A stretch of DNA of 64,000 nt from NCBI GenBank assembly GCA_964252035.1, contig OZ176205.1. One strand, 5' to 3'. Source of the stretch: Podarcis erhardii. Taxonomy: Eukaryota. The first letter of the stretch is position 1; each line of letters starts with the position of its first letter. Shown piece by piece: positions 9,880-20,523 of this stretch. Both the position numbers and the translations under genes were made by a program. The notes beneath the pieces were generated by a model. It did no database searches, was not told the origin of the DNA, and was given only the letters and a program-made list of their open reading frames with translations.

Positions 9880-12800
9880 CTGAGCTTACATATCCTACTT
9901 GGGACTTGCATATACCAGAAGCTGCTCTTCCCCAGAAGCGTTGGCCTTTAGGAGTTTGATTGTAGGGAATGGGTCACTTTGGGGGCGGGGGAGGCCCAGT
10001 CTCAAGTGCTGCACCTCCATGACTTTGGGTTTCACACACATACAAAAGATTTCTACATAGCAACCATTTCTCTTTGCTTGACTCACAAGTCCTTCTTATC
10101 TTTGAAATGGGTTGGGTACTTAGCATTACTGGTGATACATAACCTTTCAAAACAGTCTCTGAAACAAAAGAGAATACTTGGGTTCATCTACTACCATTAT
10201 AGCCCCCTCAGAACAGAAATTAACTGTCTCTATGCCGTTGTTTTTAGCCAGCGTTGCCAACTTAAACTTTGTGCTCTGAAAGAATAGCAGGGCCTTTTGT
10301 GAGCATTGTCTAATTGTCACCTTTGAGTCAGTATAACCAAACCACATGTAAAGGCGGGCGGGTGTTCACATCATAAATGTGTCTCTTAAAAACAAAGGAA
10401 AGAAAAAACTACTGTCACGTAATATTGCACACCCCAAAAAGAACTGCTTGAACTAACCATTTATCAGGTGTAGATTAATACAGCCACAAATGCTGTGCCT
10501 AGGCAATGGGGTCAAAATGAAAGTAAAAACAACTAGAAGAAAATGAAATTCAACCTAGAGTGGCCTCAGATTAAAGGGAGATTCACTTATCAAGGCTTGG
10601 CAGGTCCTTCCCTTGGATGGAAAGAAAACAATCTTATCAGGAGTAGCATTCATTTTCATTTGTAAGGAGTTTCAGAGGTGGTGGGGGAACTCCAAACTTT
10701 GCTCCAACCCAGGGTGGTAACACACTCCTTTAAGGGGAGAAACAGACTGAAGTCCTGAAAATCAAATTATGTATGCAACTAGCTTTTCTGGAGGCTATTT
10801 GATTAAATCATTACTTGATTAAATCAAGTAATTGTTCTGATGGAATTTACCTGCAAGTTCAGTCACTGTCGTTGAGAACCATCACTATATAAGAGGCTAA
10901 TTAATCTCTTTCCTCAGCCTATTCCAAAGCTATCTCATAAGTGTCTTTAGGATTACAGTCCTGCAACTGGTTCAGTCTAGAACTATTTAAATAAACAGGA
11001 AAATAAATGGGGATTTCAGTTGGACTCATGTGACTGTAATGTGATTGGACCCCGGGGCTTCCAATAAAAATATTTGTGTGAAAATTCTGGGCACATGCTT
11101 ATCAGAAATTAAACCAAATTGGAACTAATTTTGTACTTATTCAGTTTGTTTCTGTCAATTTGTATTCAAATGGTACAATAATAGAGGCTAAATAAGAGTG
11201 TCATTCTCTCCTTGGGACTAGAGAGAAGCAACTTAGTGAATGGGTCCTCCCAACACTTGTGCCCTTCTAAAAGCAGTTGCTCAGTTATCCTGCACGGTAT
11301 GTATACAAATTAATAATATAGTATTTCATAAAGACATTTTTTTTAAAAAAATCAGCATCCAGCATCGGGGTGGAAAATATGCTTCTTTAGAAACCTTTCT
11401 CTTTCCCCCGACTTTCTTATTTGTATCAATTCATAAAACTGAAGTTAGAATGATAGTTAATATTGACTATTCACCCTGCTAACGAGAGTTGTATAATCTA
11501 CACCTATTATAGTCATGAATCTCCTTTGAAACCTTTAATGGTTACAGACATACAAAATATCAATTAAAAATTTCCATACTAGAAAATTACTGCCCCACCT
11601 ATTATTAGGAAGAAGATTTATTATTATGGTTATTTTCCAGGACTATAAAAGGCAAACAGACTGAAATGGCTAGAAGGGCACGAACTCTCCTTGTGTCTGT
11701 GTATTAGCGCACACACGCACACATGTTCAGCTGCAATGTAATCAGACCTCTTGGCATTATGAACTGAACAGACATTACCAAACATACAATTAAGGCTACA
11801 GTCTCAAGTAAACCTACAAGGAGTTCAGACATTAAGCTGTATGAGACTTATTTCTAAGTAAACAAGGTTATGATTTGATTATAAGGGTACAGTCCAGATT
11901 CCATTGAAATCAACTGGAAAACTGCCATTGATATCAGTGCAATATGGTTTCCCCTTATGTCTCTGCTGCCTACCCAGGCATGCACACACTTTCATGCAGA
12001 AGCACACGCATACTACAGTTACTTGGACTATTCTATGTTGGAACATTTTCACTTTGATCATGTTCCTTGATGCAGTGGTAGGTTTGCCACTTCACTGTGC
12101 ATCCCTTCGACTCTTTGTTATAGAATTCACTGGCCCTGTGCATTTCTCTTTATATACCCCTGTTATTTTTAACTCTGCCTACGCAAATCCCAGATCCGGA
12201 ATGAGCTGCGGCTCATGGCCAAGGGGAAATGGACACGGCACAAATTTCCTGCCCTTTTTACCTCTCTTCCTCTGTAACATGCTAAGAACAACTTTATTTT
12301 CTCCTAGTCTTAACTTTCACTGTTCCAGGAAAGCTTGCTGGCAGCCCAAATGAGTGTAAGAAGGAAGAGCCCCCAGGGTCCAGAGTCCTTCAGATGGAGA
12401 TCAGCTTAGCCCAGCCAGGCCCTGTGATTGTAGTGTCTTCAAGGGATGTTGAACGCCTATTAGATAAGGGATCTGTCAGGACAAAAGGTCAGCCTGTGAA
12501 GCAACAGGTACAACCTGCATATGCACAGTTTCCAGGCCAGGCAAGCGGCAGGAGGAAAGCACAAAAGAATAGACAGACAGATGTGCACACATCTAAGGGG
12601 GCAGGTGCATTTCAACCTGTCCAAACATATGACCCTGTCCAGGGCCACTTGCCATCCCAGCTGCTTCCCCAGTTGGGTGGAAGGTGAACCCATAGGAGCA
12701 AGCTAGCTTTTGTCTTCCCAGGTTAGGATATCTCTTCATCACATTGAGTTAATCACTGTTAATGGCATATTAACAGATATGTCCATGGTTTGCAAGTAGT

Positions 12801-13180
12801 CAAATGTGCAAGTAGAGGCAATATGCAGAAAGCTCAAAAGAGGCCATAGCAGATGTTATCTCTTTGTTCAAGCACTCCCATTACCAACCCAGATATCAAA
12901 GTTTTACTACTAATACTGTTCTACAGTACATTTCAAGAGCTCTGAGTACTTTTTATATCTCATCTTAGTAATTCTTACAACCACCCTGGAGGGTAGGCCA
13001 AGCATTGTTACTTTCATATTACGCTGACTAGAGTAGTGTCTTTGTACTACTGCATAATTTGCCCTGCTTTTGTCAAATCCACTGCATGGTTATCCTGAAC
13101 CATGAAGTCTTCATAGTTGTCACACTCACATCATTGGGTGTTATATATGTACACATTTGCCTGCCTGTGATATGTTAAGC

Positions 13181-13570
13181 CAGTGGTTTTCAACCAGTGG
13201 GCCATGGCACCCTGGGGTGTCTTGAATGATAGTCAGGGGTGGTGTGGGTAACAGTGGCCTCTGTCCCTCTTTCCTTCCCTCCCTTCTCTGATGCCCTCTT
13301 GCATCTCTACCTCCCAAAGGCTTGTGTGGCTGTTTGTTGCAGCAGCCCTGGCTATAAGCACCCAGGCAAATGGTGCCTCTGGGAGGCAGCCCTCTTTTTT
13401 TGCAGTTCAGAGACCAGGGGTGGCTGCGGTGGCTGCCCAGGGGACTCCCAAGGAGAGGAGGCTGAGGGAACAGGGGCGACATAATTGGGCTTCTGAGCCC
13501 CACAGGGCTGGCACAGAAAGAATGTAGTTGGTCAAGGGAGCCATGGACTCAAAAAGGTTGAAAACCTCTG
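13181..13570. mobile_element. hAT non-autonomous element
   Basis: TIRs CAGTGGTTTTCAACC / GGTTGAAAACCTCTG; degenerate 8-bp TSD tgttaagc / ccttaagc. Confidence 0.8.
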
Positions 13571-14282
13571 CCTTAAGCCTTTAAGGTCATAAGGAGAGCC
13601 TTGTGAATCAGGCCAAAGATATACAGTATCTAGTCTAGCGTCCTGTTTTCTCAGTGGCCAGACAGATGCTTATGGGAAGCACTTGATAATACACAGAGGT
13701 GAGCCCTACTTAAAATCCAGATTTTAAATTAAAATTTAAATCAAGTGAATTAATCACATTCATTACTTGATTAATGTCTGCCACCCAAATTCAGTGCAAA
13801 TATACATATGATATCTGTAGAACAAGGGTGGTAACCTTTTTCAGCCTGTGCAGGCGAGAGTGTGTGAACTGGCTATTTCATTGTAGCCAATATCTCACGT
13901 CAACGGAAGGCCCCCCACAAATGTCACTGTTCATGTGAGTGTTTCCAATACATTATGTCATGCAGTCTTGAGCTGCATTAAATCACATAGCTCAAAACTA
14001 TGTGTGTTTACTCACCACTGAATTCTGTCCATATCAAAAGTAAATGGGCATTGGATTGCAACCTTATCAACGGGTGTGGGTGTATTTCACTCCAAATCAC
14101 ACTGTATCACACCTGCTAAAACAGCATTTGATGAGATTACCAGAGATGGCAAAATAATTATCATGACACTATAGAGTTGTTGGAGGATAGGTCAACCATT
14201 GCTACAAGCCACAGAGGTTTGGTTCCAACTCTACTGTCAGAGGCCGTAGGCTTCTGAATATTGGTTGCATATCCCTGACCAT

Positions 14283-14418
14283 CAGGGATGGCTAACCTGT
14301 GACCCTCCTAGTGTTGGACTACAGTTCCCATCATGCTTGAGAATTAGCTATGCTGTCTGGGACTGATAGGTGCTGGAGTCCAACTACAACTGGAGGGCCA
14401 ACTGGTTAGCAACCTCTG
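14283..14418. mobile_element. Short hairpin hAT MITE; related copies near 19470-19530, 51210-51330, 56361-56495, 57770-57960, 61398-61515 and 63925-64000
   Basis: CAGGGATGGCTAACC...GGTTAGCAACCTCTG with internal ggactacagttcccatca / tgatgggagttgtagtcc arms; TSD-like ctgaccat / ctgtacat. Confidence 0.7.
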
Positions 14419-15974
14419 CTGTACATTTTCAGTTTCTCTACTGTTTTCCAGTTGCACGAACCCAATAATTGCTGTGAAAGTTTATTCAGCACACAGGGAG
14501 TTAAACAATCACACAATATTAACTGCTCATCTTATAATAGGGCAAGTTATCCAAGCACACACCCACACTATATGTAAAAAAGTTCTTTTAGATAACGAGT
14601 AAGAAAAACAACAACCCCAACTTAATATCAGACATGTAACATATGCTCGGGCATTCTGTTTGCCCTTTGCAGCACCACACACACACACAAGTAGACAGCC
14701 TTGGTCAGGCACAAAAAGTCTAGAAGGAACAATATCCTTCTCCTGATCAGGGAGCAAGCCGCTTTCATGTTGCATTACGTAAAGCTTCCTCCCTCTGTTC
14801 CAGGAAGTGTCATTTAATTATCCAGCTTTCATATTGGTAAATAGGTTTGCTACACATCACAAAAGGGTTGCAATTTTTGGAAGCAGGTTTGTTCACTGTT
14901 CAGATTAGCTAATCTCTTGGGGCTCAGGTTCCAAAGCAGTTTCGGTTGCTAGTAAGCAAGGAAAAAAATTAGGGGCATGCTTTTCGTCTTCTTTCTTTTA
15001 AGAGATCCATTGCTGTTTTCCTCACTCTCTTCCCACTTTCAAGTGCTTAGCAGGGAACTTTGGAGTCTTCATCTTCATCTTCATCACCTTCTGCCCATAC
15101 TAAAAAAAAATAATGCACAAATATATGTCACTGAGTTCATTACCTGAGATCAGTCCTTTTCTTCAGTTTGGGCCATTTTATTCAGTTCTACAAGTGTGAT
15201 TGGCAATAAAATGTGGTTGTATGGAGGGCTCCCATTCAGATATCTAGCCAGCCAGGCAATATTTTCTAGGATACTCTATTTAATTTTGTTTCCCTGGTTT
15301 TCTATTTTTTCCCCACCATTCATCATTAGCTGGGCACTGAGCATTGGGCTGTTTTGGGGTTATAATTTCCCCAAGACACCCCCCTCAAAAAAAAAAAAAA
15401 ATAGTTGTTGTGCTTCTGCAAGTTATGAGATTTCCCCAAGCCTGCTGAGTTCTCTTATGCATGCATTATGCCATTTTTAGCTATATAATGCTCAATATTT
15501 GGAGAATAAGTTCACTTGCCCTAAAATAAATCATCTTATTCTTTCAAGTAGTGTGTTTCTCCTTAAAATATGATAGGTGTTGTTAATAAATGATTATTTA
15601 TTAAATTTATATACCCCCCCTTCACCTGAAGATCATGGGTGGTTTACAGTATAAAAACACAAAAATACATAACGTAATAACAAATAAAACAATAACAAAG
15701 CAATGAGATGGCATACAGTTTGTTTAATCATTCACTGTTAGTTGGCTTGCCTTTCTTGCTGCAAGAATGCTGCTGAGATGTTATGTTGCTATTTGCTTTT
15801 GCTTTCTTGTCAGTTTGATTTCCAGCATCCGGTTTGCGTTCTTTGAGCTAGACTTTTATAGCAGGCAATTGCTGCACATGTAGCCTGTCCCAGAAGAGGA
15901 CAACCATTCAAAACCCTTAGTCCTGCTTTAATTCCAAACATGATACTCAGGCACTTATTGTAAAAGGGGTGCAG

Positions 15975-16545
15975 TGGCAGGAAACTTTACCAGTTGCTGG
16001 GGATCATGAATGGGAGAGTGCTGTTGCACTCATGCCATACTTGTGGGTTTCCAATTAACATCTGGTTAACCACTGGCAGAGTACTGGGAGGCTCTCTGAA
16101 AGAGTGTCTCCTCCCATGTCAAGATCAGCAAGTGGTTTTTGTGACTTCTCCCAGTCAAGGATATATGAAGTGAGGGGCCCAATAGCAGGGCCTTTTCAGT
16201 GGTAGCAACAAAACTCTGGAATGACCTCCCTATGGAAAAACATCTTGCTTTTGTGGTTGCTTTAATTGAAGAGACAGGTAAAGATGCAACTTTTTCACCA
16301 GGAGAGGAAGTACGATATAAAGTGTAGGCATTGCAGAATGATGTAATTGTTGGAACAGCTGAATGTTTGCTGATGTTACTTTAGTTTGCTGTTTAAATCA
16401 CTTTCATGTTTTATATTAGGTATTTATGAAGTCTTTAATTTGTAAACTGCCCTGTGTCCATTTGGTAAATGGTGGTATAAAAATCTGTAAATGAATAAAC
16501 AGAGTGCTGGACTGGTTGGTCCTTTGGTCTGTTCTTAACTGGTAT
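15975..16545 (+). mobile_element. CR1 3' end interrupted by an L2 3' fragment (16088-16499)
   Basis: CR1 tail (accagttgctgg...catctggtt..ccact | gctggact...) is split by L2-like sequence (agggccttttcagtggtagca...ctctggaatgacctccc); 11-bp TSD cagagt(a/g)ctgg at 16077-16087 and 16500-16510. Confidence 0.6.
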
Positions 16546-17750
16546 ATCCCACGAGCCAAACACAATTGATAGATGACAAATTCATCTTACGACTCACTTC
16601 TGGCCTTCTGGCATTTTTAGCTTTAGCCAGTCTCCCAAATACTAACACTACAAGAAGTGGGAAACTAACAATATACAAATTCCATGGCCCACAGGTTTAT
16701 TTCCAGTCTTTCTCTTGGTCCAGAAAAAAGCATCAGCCAATCTAGCTAGTAATATGCAGAAAACTCAGCAGTGACAGCATTATCTATCCCACTAAAGTTT
16801 TTTTTTGCAGGGTCACATTAAGGCTAAATCACTGAGGCAGGGTCACAGAGATAGGTGGAGCAAGTGGGACCTACAACAAAATGTTGTAGTAGTGAATGCT
16901 CTTCAAGTTTCCAGCCAGACATACCTTCCTTCAGGGTACTTCACTGTGTTCCACATGAAGGCGTGTGCACACAAACACACACAGGATTCCAAATAACACA
17001 ATATTCTATTGTCAGTCCTCAGTGGTCTGTTTTTAAGGGAGTTTGTTTCATAAAATTTATATGCCTCTTGTTTGGGGGGGAAACCCCTCAAAGCGGTTTA
17101 CAAAAGATAAGTTGGCCACTTAGGTTTTTTGGTTTTTTTATTACTTCTGCACACCTTGAGGTACTTCCTTCCTCAGCAATGCTGATGCCTCCCTCTTGTT
17201 TCCTAGTGCCTTCCTTTGGGCTGTCAGTTATCATCATCTGAGGTGGCTGTTAAAAGGAGAGTGTATCTGCTATCTGGAAGGGCATCTTAGGACTGCCTCT
17301 TGAGCCGGACAAGTCATTCACCTGAAATTCTCCTCACCCCCCTGCACAGCGCAGAAGGAGAAAAAGATGGTTAGGAGTCTGAGGCTTTCATAGAAGGCAA
17401 CAACTAGATGACTAGAAACATGTGAGGAAAGCAGCCAACAAATATTTACTTTCACAGGGGCCTGATGCTCTTAAGAAACATTTTCTTAAGAGAAGTCTCT
17501 CAAAATTCAAATACTTTCCTTCTCACAGTTTGCTTTCTCAGAACATTTTCCATCATCCCTCATGGTCAGGTTGATTGGATATGTTGTGTGTGTGTTTTAT
17601 ATGTATCTTAAAGCCACAACAAATATTGCATTATTTGTTAAAATATTTTTTTATACATATAAAAAAATCCTTGGCTGTTGAATAGCAGGTGTGGTCCTCA
17701 CTCCACGCCAAAACCAACAGTCACTGTGTAGCAAATAACCCTATGAGCAC

Positions 17751-17751
<1 letters not shown>

Positions 17752-17791
<40 letters not shown>
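17752..17791. repeat. (AC)n microsatellite
   Basis: Direct inspection. Confidence 0.95.
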
Positions 17792-17793
<2 letters not shown>

Positions 17794-17992
17794 CCCAGAG
17801 AGATGTCAGTCAGAGAGAGGAAAGCAGGCAGGCTTCCTAGATAGGACTCATAGGCTGTGTACACATTACTGTTTACTCTGGTTCAAATGCACTCCCACAG
17901 CTGGCTTTTGAATCCGTGTACACACGACGATACTCATGATACTCACAGCTATCCTGTAGTTTCTTGAAAAATACTGATGTTTGACATGTTTG

Positions 17993-18042
17993 GGGGTTGG
18001 ACTCGATGGCCCTTGTGGTCTCTTCCAACTCTATGATTCTAT
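17993..18042 (+). mobile_element. CR1 LINE terminal fragment
   Basis: ggggttggactcgatggcccttgtggtctcttccaactctatgattctatg is the canonical CR1 end with the ATTCTATG tail. Confidence 0.8.
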
Positions 18043-18054
18043 GTTTCCCTTCAT

Positions 18055-18360
18055 TTTTTTTTTTAAATGATATTTATTAGAGTTTCAAATAATACACAAA
18101 AGCAAAAAACAGCAAAACAATTTTCCAAAAAAGATAAGATAAAAAAAGAAAGAAAAAGCAGAATTAAAAGACATTCAACATTTACAGTCCTTATTTTCAG
18201 TAACTTTTTTCCGCGACTTCCTCTCGCCTCCCCTTCTTGTATTCCATGTCCAAATATTTGTTCAACAAGTTCTTATCCCTAATTTTTAACCTCAATTTAT
18301 TATTATATTTAATTCAATTTATATATCAAATTTTAACTTATATACATCAATCATTATACT
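18055..18360 (-). mobile_element. L1 3' UTR remnant
   Basis: Poly-T, tttatt (AATAAA on minus) and gacttcctctcgcctcccc; similar to the L1 UTR at 2700-2890. Confidence 0.55.
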
Positions 18361-18366
18361 TGACAT

Positions 18367-18929
18367 GTTTCCCTTCAAATTAGCTTCAAAAGGAAAACTT
18401 AAGCCAAATTCACTTCACAGTTAAGTGAGGTGTGTACATTTGTGTGTGTACAGATAACAGCACATGTACAGATAGCTGGCACGTGCATGAATAGGAGTTT
18501 AGAGATGGTTTGCAGGGACAGGGTAACTGAACAGGAAATGTGCATTGGGTGAAGACATCTGGTGTGCACAGCAATGTGCAAATGTGACTTGAAATGCAAT
18601 GGGGTGGGGAATGGACAACCTACCTGTATCTTAAGTTGCTTAATGTGTACATGGTACCAGATTAACGTGCAACAAGGCTGTTTTTCCCTGCTGCATTCCA
18701 AGTTGCATTTGCATGTCACTGAGCACATCAGAGAGGGGGTGGGGATGTCTTCACATGATGCATATGACCTGATTGGTTTCCTTGCCCCTGCAACCCCCTC
18801 CCCCAGAATGCCTATTCATGAAGCTGTGCATACACAATAGCTATCTCAAATATACACACTTCTGTTTAACTGTGAAGTGAATGTGGCTTAAGTTTTCCCT
18901 TTAGATTGAAGGTGATTTGAAGGAAAACA
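18367..18929. mobile_element. Old MITE-like element with long imperfect terminal inverted repeats
   Basis: 18390-18424 is the reverse complement of 18866-18900 at 33/35; outer ends gtttcccttcaaat / atttgaaggaaaac; further inner arm matches. Confidence 0.6.
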
Positions 18930-19870
18930 CATCAAACAGCAGCATTTCTCAAGGAGACACAGGATAATTCTGCATCATGGGTAATAATGTAGGTACACAG
19001 ATTCAAAAGCCAGCAGTGGGAGCACACTGGAACCAGAGTAAACAGTAATGTGTACACAGCCCACAGTCAGTTTGGAGATGGTTTGGGGAGAGTTAAGGAC
19101 TAAAGGTAGAAGCACAAGCTGCTAAAAGCTGTCTTGGAAAACTGCTTTGTGAAGTCTTTCAGGAAATCGCTTGTATTTTTGTGTTTTAAGGTATGTAGGT
19201 GAGATGGAGAAAATGGAAGTGCCGTGCCAGAAAGCTCAGTTCTGCTTTTCCTCAGAATCAGCCTTCAGTTTATATCAGTATCAACAGTGCACAGAGGCAT
19301 CCAGGATGTTGTCGGTGTTTCCAAGCATATGGGGACAACCCTTGCTGTTATCACCTGCAAATGATCACATCCATGTATGCGCTGTCCAAACAAAACTAAG
19401 AGTCAATACCACCCCAACCTTTGCCAGCCTGGTGCCCTCCAAGTGTTTTCATAGCAGGGTGGTTCTGTGCTGGCTGGGTCTGATGGGAGTTGTAGTCCTA
19501 AACAACTGATTGGTGAAGGCTGCCTAAACTCTAGTAGTAACATAGATTTGGTTCCCCATTTCACTCACCAACCTGCAAGCTGTAGGGAAAGTATACCGTA
19601 ACTTTGTGTGTGAGAGAGAGAATAAATTAACTCACTGGCTGAGAGTGTGATGGGTGATTAAGCGCTCAGCAGCTAATTAAGGCTAAAATCTTATGCACTG
19701 GGAGTAAGTTTAATCGGACACAGTGGGACTTCCTTCAGTGTAATCATGTTTAAGAGTGTGTTACCTTCTTCAGAGAGGGTAATGCTGTTATAGTACAGTC
19801 ATTAACATGTTTAATCATTGTAAAATCTCAATGTATTCCATTGGGCTTATTCTTAAGTAAGAGTGCATAG

Positions 19871-20478
19871 TGTGGGAATGTTCTGGGGTGCAGGAGAGGA
19901 TATATTGACTAATTATATCCTTATCCAACTTGTGCTAACAAGTTCCCAAAATATCAGCAGAGTTTATAGACATTCCCCTTTAAGTTCGCAACGGTAACGC
20001 TTGCACAGGTTCGCTAGAACCTCTATAATAATTACTCTGGTAATTTCCCCTTTGTTCCCTCTTAAAATACAAGACACGACACAGTCTTTATAAAAGTATA
20101 AAAGAGTTTACTCACGTTCTGTTCACAATATGATCCCAGAAGGTAGGCAGGCTTAAAAAGGTTACATGCAGTTAGAATCTATCTTGTAGCAAGATAGTAC
20201 TGTCCTCTCTTGGCTGAGAGCCAAGAGGGCATCCTTAGATGTTTCCTCATCGAAGGAAGATGGCAGAGAGAGGCAAGAGGCAAGAGGCAAGAGTGGCTGC
20301 CTGCCCTGTGCTTTTATCATTACCTGCACAGGTGAGGCCACACCCACCTCTGGTCACATGCGGAGGAAGTCCGTCCCCAGGAAGTTTACCTGCTTGCTGG
20401 ACAGACATCCCTCCCCATGTTCTAACATGTACACTCTAGGAATGTTGTCATTGACTGCTCCTGTGTTTACATCCCACA
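19871..20478 (-). repeat. Copia 3' LTR
   Basis: TGTGGGAT...ATTCCCACA on minus; no difference from 24813-25420 found in a by-eye comparison. Confidence 0.97.
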
Positions 20479-20490
20479 TACCCCTTCTCA
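20479..20490 (-). other. Copia polypurine tract
   Basis: TGAGAAGGGGTA directly 5' of the 3' LTR on the minus strand. Confidence 0.85.
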
Positions 20491-20523
20491 GGCAATACAA
20501 CATTATACAAAACATAAACAACT

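Noticed and set aside
20162-20439. Short ORFs repeated at 25104-25381
   Set aside because: They are duplicated only because they fall in the two LTRs; short, with no motifs.
20479-20523. env-like gene in the Copia
   Set aside because: Only 45 bp separate the pol stop from the 3' LTR.
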